Positions 9,773 to 18,981 of a stretch of 50,509 nucleotides of DNA are shown one piece after another. Position 1 is the first letter of the stretch. Every line of letters starts with the position of its first letter. Made by a program: the position numbers and the translations under genes. A model generated the notes under the pieces. The model saw only the letters and a program-made list of their open reading frames with translations, was not told the DNA's origin and ran no database searches. The stretch lies in the sequence record SRR31156797_603; one strand, given 5' to 3'.

Positions 9773-10150
9773 ATGACTGACAAACAACGTTATTCAGATG
9801 ATGAGTTAAAAGAATTTAAAGCATTAATTCTTGAAAAACTCGATAAAGCGAGAAAAGATTACGAAGACTTACGAGCTACATTATCACACGCTGACACAAA
9901 TGATGTGCAAGACACCTCACCTACTTTCAAAGTATTAGAAGAAGGAGCTTCTGTGCTTTCAAAAGAGGAAACCGGAAAACTAGCACAACGTCAGCTGAAG
10001 TTCATTCAACATCTTGAAGCTGCATTGGTTCGCATCGAGAACAAAACCTATGGAATTTGCCGTGATACAGGTAAATTAATTGCAAAAGAACGTCTCAGAG
10101 CCGTACCGCATGCAACTTTAAGCATTGATGCCAAGAATAATCGCGGATAG
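9773..10150 (+). CDS. dksA: TraR/DksA-family transcription factor with a degenerate zinc finger
   Basis: Coiled coil then ALVRIENKTYGICRDTGKLIAKERLRAVPHATL; ileS-dksA-lspA order. Confidence 0.88.
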   Translation: MTDKQRYSDDELKEFKALILEKLDKARKDYEDLRATLSHADTNDVQDTSPTFKVLEEGASVLSKEETGKLAQRQLKFIQHLEAALVRIENKTYGICRDTGKLIAKERLRAVPHATLSIDAKNNRG

Positions 10151-10175
10151 TTCGTAAAGTCATATAAAATTTTGG

Positions 10176-10206
10176 TAAGCAGGTGAAAGCCTGCTTATTC
10201 TTTTTT
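10176..10206 (+). terminator. Intrinsic terminator after dksA
   Basis: TAAGCAGG-TGAAAG-CCTGCTTA followed by TTCTTTTTT. Confidence 0.75.
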
Positions 10207-10239
10207 GCAACAAATTCTACACATCATCGTTTATTTTCT

Positions 10240-10854
10240 ATGATTCGAAAACTATTACCCATACTTATTTTTGCAACTATCATTATCCTTGATCAATGGT
10301 TAAAATTGTGGGTAAAAACCCATATGATGCTGGAACAGGAATTCCCGGTAGTAGGTAAATGGCTCTACTTTCATTTTACTGAAAACAAGGGGATGGCATT
10401 TGGGATAGAGTTTGCAGGCGTTTGGGGTAAATACTTTTTAAGCATAATACGAATTTTAGCTGTAATTGGTCTCACCTGGTTAATCATAAGACTTATAAAA
10501 CAAAGAAAAAGCGTTGGGCTAATAGTTGGCATTTCATTAGTAGTAACCGGAGCTTTTGGAAATATTATAGATAGTGCTTTTTATGGTATGATTTTCACCG
10601 ACAGCCAGGGACAGGTTGCGCATCTTGTACCATGGGGTGAAGGTTACGCCCCCTTTTTACAAGGAAAAGTGGTTGATATGTTCTATTTTCAAGTTGCCAA
10701 TTTCCATTTACCCGAATGGTTTCCATTTTGGCCCATGCGACATGTGGTACTCTTCAGACCCGTTTTTAACATTGCTGACTTTGCCATTACTTTCGGAATC
10801 CTATATTTATTGTTATTCAGAAGGAAAGCACTGAGAAGGGCATTATCGTTTTAA
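10240..10854 (+). CDS. lspA: Lipoprotein signal peptidase II
   Basis: DQWLK, ENKGMAFG, GAFGNIID, GKVVDM, FNIAD. ATG 10240 preferred because the ORF-track GTG at 10183 lies inside the terminator hairpin. Confidence 0.95.
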   Translation: MIRKLLPILIFATIIILDQWLKLWVKTHMMLEQEFPVVGKWLYFHFTENKGMAFGIEFAGVWGKYFLSIIRILAVIGLTWLIIRLIKQRKSVGLIVGISLVVTGAFGNIIDSAFYGMIFTDSQGQVAHLVPWGEGYAPFLQGKVVDMFYFQVANFHLPEWFPFWPMRHVVLFRPVFNIADFAITFGILYLLLFRRKALRRALSF

Positions 10855-11003
10855 TTAATCGAGATCTTACGGTTTTATTTGTTTATACCTGAAATAAAAC
10901 AATGTTTGTAACCTTTTACCGTTTTATCTTTCTGTTAGTTGGAACAAATTAGTATTTTTAGCCTAATAAAATTCCAAATGAACAAGATTAAAATAAATAT
11001 ACC

Positions 11004-12218
11004 ATGAAGAAAAAAGGCCTCATTTGGGGAGGAGCCCTGTTAGCTCTACTCGTTATAGTGTGGATTTCTTTCGGATCATCCGATCAAAAAACTACCGAGA
11101 AACTTTACTATACCATCAAGCAAGGACCATTTAACATTACCGTGACAACTACTGGCGAGCTGCAAGCTGAAAACAGTATGGAAATATCTGCTCCATCCGG
11201 TTTAAGAAGTAGTAGGATTTATAATGTTAAAATTACTGATCTTGTTCCAGAGGGAACCATTGTAGATTCTGGTGAGAAAGTAGCATCTTTGGATCAATCA
11301 GAAATTTCAAAGAAACTGAATGATCTGAATACAGAATACCAAACCAAGCAAAACCAATTCTTGCAAACTAAACTTGATACAACGCTTGAAATGAGGCAGG
11401 CACGAGATGAACTCATCAATTTAAAATATGCCCTGGAGGAAAGTGAATTAAAATTAGAACAGTCTAAATTTGAACCCCCGGCAACCATCAGACAAGCAGA
11501 AATTAACCTGGATAAAGCCCAAAGAAACTATGAGCAAGCCGTTGAAAACTACAAAGTCAAAAGTAGCAAGGCTTCAGCTAAAATGCAGGAAGTTGAATCT
11601 GATTTAAGAAAAACAGAAAGAGAACAACAAGAAATGATGGAGCTAATTAGCGAATTTAATATCAAAGCTCCAAAATCAGGGATGGTAATTTATAAAAAGA
11701 ATTGGAATGGCTCTAAACGAAAAGTAGGTTCAAATATTAGTCCCTGGGACCCTATTGTAGCAACTTTACCTGATATGTCAAGTATGATCTCAAGAGCTTA
11801 CATTAACGAGGTCGATATTAGCAAAATAAAAAAAGGTCTTAAGGTAAATATTGGAATTGACGCATTCCCTGATAAGCAATTCAAAGGTGAAATAACTGAA
11901 GTAGCCAATGTGGGTGAACAACGACCTAATTCAGATGCTAAAGTTTTTGAAGTTATCATCAGACTTCTAGACTCAGATCCCGTTTTAAAACCAGGTATGA
12001 CAACTAGTAATGAAATATTAGTTGCCCACTATGATGATGTTTTAAGTGTACCCATTGAGGCAATTTTAGCTACTGATACTGCCAATTATGTGTTTGCAAA
12101 AAATGGAGTTAGCCTGGATAAAATAGAAGTTGAAACTGGTGCAGCTAATGATAATTTTATCATTATTGAAAGTGGTATAGAAGAAGGCGAAGAAGTGACA
12201 CTAAACCTTCCTGAATAA
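11004..12218 (+). CDS. Efflux membrane-fusion (periplasmic adaptor) protein, MacA-like
   Basis: N-terminal anchor, lipoyl-like VPEGTIVDSGE, long coiled coil, IKAPKSG, LKPGMT. Confidence 0.9.
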   Translation: MKKKGLIWGGALLALLVIVWISFGSSDQKTTEKLYYTIKQGPFNITVTTTGELQAENSMEISAPSGLRSSRIYNVKITDLVPEGTIVDSGEKVASLDQSEISKKLNDLNTEYQTKQNQFLQTKLDTTLEMRQARDELINLKYALEESELKLEQSKFEPPATIRQAEINLDKAQRNYEQAVENYKVKSSKASAKMQEVESDLRKTEREQQEMMELISEFNIKAPKSGMVIYKKNWNGSKRKVGSNISPWDPIVATLPDMSSMISRAYINEVDISKIKKGLKVNIGIDAFPDKQFKGEITEVANVGEQRPNSDAKVFEVIIRLLDSDPVLKPGMTTSNEILVAHYDDVLSVPIEAILATDTANYVFAKNGVSLDKIEVETGAANDNFIIIESGIEEGEEVTLNLPE

Positions 12219-12222
12219 GTCT

Positions 12223-13545
12223 ATGGAGCGATTTTTATTAGATATAACCATAGCTTTAGAGGCCATAATGGCCAATAAAGTCAAAACTTTCCTTACTGCT
12301 CTTGGAATTATTTTTGGTGTAGCCGCAGTAATTACAATGCTGGCCATTGGAAATGGAGCCCAACAGGAAATCCTGAATCAGATGAAATTGGTTGGGGTTA
12401 ATAATATCATTATTCAACCTATAAAACCAGACCCTAACGAGGAAAAATCAAACGAAGAAAAGCAAACCAATCGTTTCTCCCCCGGGTTGACCGTAAATGA
12501 TGTAAAAAGCATTAAAGCAGTACTACCTTCCGTGCAAGAAGCATGTCCTCAAATTATTGAAAACAAGACCCTCATTCGAAATGGCAAATCAGCCCCGGTT
12601 AAAGTAATCGGTACTGATAATAGTTTCTTTAAACTATTTAACAAGGAGCTAAAAAGCGGCAATCTCTTTAATGAATATCAACAGACACATGGATTACCGG
12701 TTTGTATCATTACTGATCAAATTAAAGTATCAGTATTTAACAATCAAAACCCTATAGGAAAAGACATAAAATGCGGTGATATATGGCTAACAGTAGTTGG
12801 CGTAATTGAACAAAGTAGAATCGACAAAGGGAATAGCGACCTTGGGCTAATAAAAGAAAACACCATTGTTTATGTTCCCACTCAAACCATGCTATTAAGA
12901 TTTGTAAACCGATCATTGGTTACGAAAAAAGAGATTGAAGCAGAAAGCATGAATGATGATGAGGATGAAGAAAAAACTCAAACATATCAAAACTACCATC
13001 AGCTGGATAAAATTATTGTACAGGTAAAAGAGAGCGAACAATTAAAGTCTACACAAGCTGTAATGACAAAAATGCTGAAGAGATTGCATAATGATGTGTT
13101 TGATTTTGAGATCATTGTGCCAGAATTACTATTACAGCAACAACAAAAAACCCGCGATATTTTCAACATGGTATTGGGTGCAATTGCAGGTATTTCCCTA
13201 TTAGTTGGAGGTATTGGTATTATGAACATCATGCTGGCCACAGTTATGGAACGTTTCAAAGAGATTGGAATTAGAATGGCTGTTGGTGCAAGAAAGAAAG
13301 ATATTTTAGCTCAATTTGTGTCTGAAGCTGCTTTGATTAGCTTAAGTGGTGGAATTATTGGGGTTATGCTCGGTATTATATCTTCCCACTTTGTATACTC
13401 AGTTACCGGAATTATTACAATAGTTTCAGGGTGGTCCGTATTTATATCTTTTGGAATCTCAGTAGCAATAGGTATTATTTTTGGATATATGCCGGCACGA
13501 AAAGCAGCAGGTCAGGATCCAATTGTATCATTAAGAAGTGAATAG
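12223..13545 (+). CDS. MacB/FtsX-family ABC transporter permease without an ATPase domain
   Basis: LTALGIIFGVAAVI, ISLLVGGIGIMNIML...ERFKEIGIRMAVGA, PARKAA..DPI.SLR.E. Confidence 0.92.
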   Translation: MERFLLDITIALEAIMANKVKTFLTALGIIFGVAAVITMLAIGNGAQQEILNQMKLVGVNNIIIQPIKPDPNEEKSNEEKQTNRFSPGLTVNDVKSIKAVLPSVQEACPQIIENKTLIRNGKSAPVKVIGTDNSFFKLFNKELKSGNLFNEYQQTHGLPVCIITDQIKVSVFNNQNPIGKDIKCGDIWLTVVGVIEQSRIDKGNSDLGLIKENTIVYVPTQTMLLRFVNRSLVTKKEIEAESMNDDEDEEKTQTYQNYHQLDKIIVQVKESEQLKSTQAVMTKMLKRLHNDVFDFEIIVPELLLQQQQKTRDIFNMVLGAIAGISLLVGGIGIMNIMLATVMERFKEIGIRMAVGARKKDILAQFVSEAALISLSGGIIGVMLGIISSHFVYSVTGIITIVSGWSVFISFGISVAIGIIFGYMPARKAAGQDPIVSLRSE

Positions 13546-13547
13546 TT

Positions 13548-15032
13548 ATGAAAAGAATCGTTCAGGTTTTTATTTTATTTATCATATTAATAAGTCAGAC
13601 TCAACTAAAGGCCCAAACAAAAAAAGTACTTGGTATTGATCAGGTCATTGAAATGGCGGTAGAGCAATCTCCAAGATCCATAATGGCCAGACATACTTTC
13701 AGGGCATCTTATTGGAGTTTTAAATCATTCCGTTCAAATTATTTACCCTCACTTACCTTAAACAGCACACCATTAGATTTGAACAGAAGTTTTGAGTCTA
13801 TTACGTTGGATGATGGTAGTGATGGATTTGTGGAACGAAGTGTTTTTTCCAGTAGCGGAAGTATGGAAATTACGCAAAGAATTGCTCCCACAGGTGGTGA
13901 TTTGTTTGTAAACACTTCACTTGAAAGGGTTGAATTACTAAGTGGAGGCAAAATGACAACATACCTCATTGCTCCTGTTAGAGTTGGATACAGGCAGCCA
14001 CTTGTAACCTTCAATGCTTATCGATGGGAACGTAAAATTGAGCCATTGCGTTATAAAGAAGCCAAAAGGGAATACCTGTCAACTTTAGAGGAAATTTCTC
14101 GAATGGCAATAAGCTATTTCTTTGACCTTTCTTTGGCACAGATCAATAAAGAAATAAGCGAAAGTAACTTTTATAACAACGACACTTTGTATAAAATTGC
14201 TCAGGGTCGTTACAACATGGGAACCATCGCAAAAGATGAGCTTTTACAAATGGAATTAAGCTTTCTTACATCGCGCAAAGCCTTTAATGAAGCTGATCTT
14301 AATTTACGCATTGCACGCTTTAATCTTCAATCATTCTTAGGAATTACTGATGATACTGAATTATCATTAATTATTCCTTCGAATATGCCGAAATTTGAAA
14401 TTAATGTAGATACTGCCTTACAATATGCTTATGAAAATAACCCTAAAATAATTGCCCTGGAACGACAAAGAATTGAAGCAGATCGGGATGTAGCAGAAGC
14501 AAGGGCCAATAATTTGTTCAATGCAAACCTGAATGCTACCGTGGGACTGAATAAATACAGTCAAAACCTAACCAATACTTTTGACAATCTGGAGAACTCT
14601 CAAATGGTATCGGTTGGAATTTCTATTCCTATTTTAGACTGGGGAGTAGGAAAAGGAAGATATGAAATGGCTAAATCGCAAAGAGAATTAAGCCTTATAA
14701 ACATTGAGCAAGAGCAAGTTGATTTTGATCAACAAGTGTTTCTTGAGGTTGCACGATTTAATATGCAAGATGAGCAATTACTCATAGCTGCAAAATCAGA
14801 TACGATCGCTCAAATCAGATATGATATTACCAAACAGAGATTTAAGGTTGGAAAAGTTAGTATACTCGATTTAAATGTAGCACTTCAGGAAAAAGATGTA
14901 GCGCGTAGAGATTATATTTCAGCATTGCGCACTTTTTGGCAAAACTATTATCGAATAAGAGGATATACGCTTTATGATTTTATCAACAAGCGCCATTTGG
15001 ATGTTGAATTTGAGCAATTAATTGAGAACTAA
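13548..15032 (+). CDS. TolC-family outer membrane channel
   Basis: Signal peptide, two OEP-like halves (YLPSLTL, ISIPILDWG, RFKVGKVSILDL); third gene of the efflux cassette. Confidence 0.9.
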   Translation: MKRIVQVFILFIILISQTQLKAQTKKVLGIDQVIEMAVEQSPRSIMARHTFRASYWSFKSFRSNYLPSLTLNSTPLDLNRSFESITLDDGSDGFVERSVFSSSGSMEITQRIAPTGGDLFVNTSLERVELLSGGKMTTYLIAPVRVGYRQPLVTFNAYRWERKIEPLRYKEAKREYLSTLEEISRMAISYFFDLSLAQINKEISESNFYNNDTLYKIAQGRYNMGTIAKDELLQMELSFLTSRKAFNEADLNLRIARFNLQSFLGITDDTELSLIIPSNMPKFEINVDTALQYAYENNPKIIALERQRIEADRDVAEARANNLFNANLNATVGLNKYSQNLTNTFDNLENSQMVSVGISIPILDWGVGKGRYEMAKSQRELSLINIEQEQVDFDQQVFLEVARFNMQDEQLLIAAKSDTIAQIRYDITKQRFKVGKVSILDLNVALQEKDVARRDYISALRTFWQNYYRIRGYTLYDFINKRHLDVEFEQLIEN

Positions 15033-15035
15033 AGT

Positions 15036-17636
15036 TTATTTTACAACTTTAATTGGTATCTGAAAATAAAAGGTTGAGCCTTCTCCTAATTCCGAGTCTA
15101 ATTCAACCTTGCCACCAAGCATTTCTATAAATGAATTTGCTATGGCTAGTCCAAGTCCTGCTCCTTCTTCCGATTTAAACGGACTATTATCGACCTGTAC
15201 AAACCGCTCAAATATTTTAGTTTGGTTTTCAGGGCTAATACCGATTCCGGTATCTGTGATATCAAAAGATAAGATATCACCTTCAAGTTTTAGGCAAAAT
15301 GTAACAGAACCCTTCTCAGTGTATTTTATACCATTTGAAATGAGTTTTCTTAAGGCATAATCCAACTTATATTGATCAGTTTTAATTATCCTCCCCTCCA
15401 ATTCTTGCTCCCCAAGCTGATAAAATTCAATATTCTTTTTCTCAGCTTTGGTTTCAAATTGATCATACAATTGCTGCATAAACAAATCTAACCTTACCTC
15501 ACTGATCTTAGCTCTTGTCTGACCGCTCTGTATTTGAGCTATATTTACTAAATCATCTATAATATTTAGCATGCGTTCACTGCTTTGGTGAATTATATTC
15601 AAGTATTTCTCATGTGAAACCTTACTTAAATCAGAACTTCTAAGCAACTGGGAAAATCCCATTATTCCATTCATTGGGGTGCGAATCTCATGAGCAATAT
15701 TAGCCAAGAATGCAGATTTTAGTTTATCACTTTCTTCTGCTTTCTCTTTAGCAACCTCCAATGCCACAAGACTGTCACGTAATTGCATTTCAATTTCTTT
15801 CTGTTCAGTAATATCGGTCATTATTCCCTCAAGAGCTATCGAATTTCCTTTTTCATCATAAACCAATACATTCCTTTGATTAATCCATTTCAAATTACCA
15901 GATTTATCTTTAATCTGAAACTCCAATATATGATCTATCTGACCTTGTTTGGCTTTAACCCATGTTTGAAAAATGTATTTTTTCCAATTGTTTGGAATAA
16001 AATTATTGAAAAGAGCCGGTCTTAAATATAATTCTTCTGGTGAATATCCTAAAATAGCTTTTGATGCAGGGCTAATGTACTCAAAAGTACCATCAGGAAT
16101 AGATAATCTGTATATTACATCTCTTGCATTCTCTGTTAATCGACTAAATCTTTCTTCACTTTCAATAATCTGGGTTATATCAGAAAAAGCTATTACAAAC
16201 CCATTTTTTTTACCACTTATTATTAAATCATTTTTTGTATAAGATACCTTATAAGATTGCTCATGTCTATTTTCCAATACAAAATAAGATTTTTGCCCGG
16301 GAATTTGAGAAACCTTATGAATCGGGAAAACTAAATCCAAAGACATACCGAGGGCTTCACTTTCTAGATAGCCTGTTACATATTCAGCAACTGGATTCAT
16401 ACCTCTTACCTGGTTATAGGCATCAACATCAATTATTCCTTCTCCAACAGCATTCAATAAAGTACTTAAATATTCGTTTTTATTTCTGATTTTTAATGTT
16501 AGACCTCTTCTTAAAACTGATGAAATAATTAACAAAATGACTAGCACAGACAGAATACCTATAATAATAATAATTTGCCAAAACAGCTTATTATCATGTT
16601 TATATAAAGAATAAGGTTCGTTGACTATTTTTGATCCTTGTGGCAATAAATCTATATCAATATTATAATTTTTCAGCACATTATAGTCAAACTTATAATA
16701 ATTGGGGCTTTCCCATAAAATAGGTAATTCCTGAGCTTCTTTTCCCCGAATAATCTGCCACGCCAACTTAGCAGCTTCTTCACCTTGTGCAAAACCATCT
16801 GCCATGAATCCACCAACTATTCCAAAATTCATATAAAAATCCCAAAGACTAAATACGGGTACATTGCTACTGGCTGATATCCTTCTTGCACTTTCACCAT
16901 AACTATAATATTTATCCTCACTATCACGAAAGAATAATGTAAAAAGTACTGCGTATTTATCTGTCAATTGACTCAATCTTGTTTCAAGCTCAGCCATTGT
17001 TACCATATTTGTAACTTCGACGGTTTTGAATAAATGACTCCGCTTTTGAATGACTTCCTGAATTTCATCTTTTACACGATGTCCGGTAGGTGTTTCATCA
17101 ACAATTACATAGAGATTTTCAGCTTTGGGTTGCAACTTTTTTATCAACTGAAAGTTTTTTTCGATATCAACTTCTTCGCTAACGCCCGTAATATTTTCAA
17201 ACTCTTTAAAATCATCAGGAACCGCATAATTAACGCCACAGAAAACAATTGGTGTTGCGCCAAAAATTGTATCATGGTATTTTCTGAGAAAATCAAGTGC
17301 ATTATTATCAGAAGAAATAATCACCTGGTAGTTATGTTTTTTATGTTTGTGATAAATTAAATTGAACAATATTTTCTGATATTCCTCATCAAACTGCCTT
17401 TTCGTATCCATGTATTGCACTTGCAGATTACACTTATCCTCAAGCACACTTTCAATACCTTCGGTAATATCTGTAGCCCACTTAAATTGCTGATGATAGG
17501 AATGCAATATGAGGACATTTGGACGTGTTTCATTTTGAGCACTTATTTCTGGAAGAGCAATAATCAAAAACACAAAAATCCAAATGACCATCAATAAATG
17601 ATTTTTGAGCAAAATACATTTAGAACTAATAGTCAT
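15036..17636 (-). CDS. Membrane sensor histidine kinase: periplasmic substrate-binding-like domain, TM, two PAS, HisKA, HATPase, no receiver
   Basis: VLILHSYH, PIVFCGVN, PAS YISPASKAILGY, FLANIAHEIRTPMNG, DTGIGI, GAGLGLAI. True start may be ATG 17591. Confidence 0.9.
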   Translation of the reverse strand: MTISSKCILLKNHLLMVIWIFVFLIIALPEISAQNETRPNVLILHSYHQQFKWATDITEGIESVLEDKCNLQVQYMDTKRQFDEEYQKILFNLIYHKHKKHNYQVIISSDNNALDFLRKYHDTIFGATPIVFCGVNYAVPDDFKEFENITGVSEEVDIEKNFQLIKKLQPKAENLYVIVDETPTGHRVKDEIQEVIQKRSHLFKTVEVTNMVTMAELETRLSQLTDKYAVLFTLFFRDSEDKYYSYGESARRISASSNVPVFSLWDFYMNFGIVGGFMADGFAQGEEAAKLAWQIIRGKEAQELPILWESPNYYKFDYNVLKNYNIDIDLLPQGSKIVNEPYSLYKHDNKLFWQIIIIIGILSVLVILLIISSVLRRGLTLKIRNKNEYLSTLLNAVGEGIIDVDAYNQVRGMNPVAEYVTGYLESEALGMSLDLVFPIHKVSQIPGQKSYFVLENRHEQSYKVSYTKNDLIISGKKNGFVIAFSDITQIIESEERFSRLTENARDVIYRLSIPDGTFEYISPASKAILGYSPEELYLRPALFNNFIPNNWKKYIFQTWVKAKQGQIDHILEFQIKDKSGNLKWINQRNVLVYDEKGNSIALEGIMTDITEQKEIEMQLRDSLVALEVAKEKAEESDKLKSAFLANIAHEIRTPMNGIMGFSQLLRSSDLSKVSHEKYLNIIHQSSERMLNIIDDLVNIAQIQSGQTRAKISEVRLDLFMQQLYDQFETKAEKKNIEFYQLGEQELEGRIIKTDQYKLDYALRKLISNGIKYTEKGSVTFCLKLEGDILSFDITDTGIGISPENQTKIFERFVQVDNSPFKSEEGAGLGLAIANSFIEMLGGKVELDSELGEGSTFYFQIPIKVVK

Positions 17637-17705
17637 ATTGCAAAATTAATAAACCAAAAATAATTATTTATCAGTGGTCAGAATAGCGTGATAATACCTA
17701 TAATA

Positions 17706-18884
17706 TCAGTTTTTTACATCGAAAGCATCTCTTAATCCGTAACCCAAAACAGTAAATGCCCAAACCAGCAACATAATAGCTATACCTGGGACCAAAGCTA
17801 AATAGGCCTGATCCACAACTATATAACCATAATGATCGCGAATCATATTTCCCCACGAAGGCATAGGTGGTTGTACCCCTATTCCTAAAAAGCTTAATCC
17901 GGCTTCGAGTAAAATTGCTGTGGCAAAATTAGCAGCTGAAATTACAATTAATGGTCCGGTTGTATTAGGTAATATATGTCTGAACATAATTCTAAAATGA
18001 CCAAAACCAAGAATGCGAGCAGCCTGGACAAAATCTTTCTGTTTAATGCTTTTAACCTGACCTCGAACTACACGTGCCACTTCTACCCACATTGTAAGAC
18101 CTACTGCAATAAATATTTGCCAAAACCCTTTTCCCAGAACCATACTAATGGCAATTACCAAAAGGAGCGTTGGGATGGACCAAACCACATTAATTAACCA
18201 CATAATTATCCGATCAATAAAGCCCCCAAAATATCCTGATACTAATCCGAGTATGATTCCAATCAAAAGTGAAATACCAACTGCTATAAAACCTACTGAA
18301 ATTGAAATTCTACTTCCAACAATAATTCTACTTAATAAATCTCTTCCAAAGCGATCTGTGCCTAGTAAATATTTTTTTTCAATTAAATGATCATCTTCAA
18401 ACTCTTCTAATAACTCCGCACGACTTATAAATATCTCATTGTTATTATAATCAATAATTGAATAATTATCTTTTTGTAAAGTTTTAATTCGAGAATCTAT
18501 ACCATAAACCACATTGGCAAAATGATATGTACTAACAAACTGATCAGATTTTGTACTTCCATACTCTATAATTTCAATTGAATCTTTTTCAAATGTATAA
18601 CTTTGGTATGGCAACAGCTGATAACTTTTATGCTCTCCACGGATAAATTTTTCTAAAAAAGACACATTTTGATCACCAGAATGATCTGTTATTTTAATAA
18701 AGTTCACATTTGCGCCTGGTCGCAAATTTCCCAGGGTAATCTGTTGATCGTTTGCAAAAGGTGTATTATCGGGAGCAATGAGGTAGGCAAAAACAGCAAG
18801 CAGAGTTACAAAAAGAATTATTATAAGCCCTGCAACAGAGACTTTTACTTTTAAAAATCTTTTTATGGTTTCGTTCCTCATCAT
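17706..18884 (-). CDS. Peptide/nickel-type ABC transporter permease (DppC/OppC family)
   Basis: LLGTDRFGRDLLSR, EAA-like loop FVQAARILG, RHILPN, EAGLSFLGIG..PP.PSWG. Confidence 0.92.
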   Translation of the reverse strand: MMRNETIKRFLKVKVSVAGLIIILFVTLLAVFAYLIAPDNTPFANDQQITLGNLRPGANVNFIKITDHSGDQNVSFLEKFIRGEHKSYQLLPYQSYTFEKDSIEIIEYGSTKSDQFVSTYHFANVVYGIDSRIKTLQKDNYSIIDYNNNEIFISRAELLEEFEDDHLIEKKYLLGTDRFGRDLLSRIIVGSRISISVGFIAVGISLLIGIILGLVSGYFGGFIDRIIMWLINVVWSIPTLLLVIAISMVLGKGFWQIFIAVGLTMWVEVARVVRGQVKSIKQKDFVQAARILGFGHFRIMFRHILPNTTGPLIVISAANFATAILLEAGLSFLGIGVQPPMPSWGNMIRDHYGYIVVDQAYLALVPGIAIMLLVWAFTVLGYGLRDAFDVKN

Positions 18885-18893
18885 TTACGATTC

Positions 18894-18901
18894 CAAAAGT
18901 A
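18894..18901 (-). promoter_or_regulatory. Sigma-A -7 element for the permease gene
   Basis: TACTTTTG on the minus strand, 9 nt upstream of the start codon. Confidence 0.55.
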
Positions 18902-18930
18902 GTAAATATCTTTTGAGATAATAACCCCAT

Positions 18931-18964
18931 AAAAAGAAAAACCCCGCAGGATTGCTCCTGCGGG
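18931..18964 (-). terminator. Intrinsic terminator after the 18982-21543 gene
   Basis: Minus strand CCCGCAGGA-GCAA-TCCTGCGGG (9 bp, GNRA loop), then GTTTTTCTTTTT. Confidence 0.85.
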
Positions 18965-18981
18965 TGTTTAACATTAACCAA

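Noticed and set aside
10910..10933. AACCTTTT upstream of the efflux cassette as a third ECF-like promoter
   Set aside because: The -10 position reads CTTTCT rather than TGTCTA, so the match is too weak.
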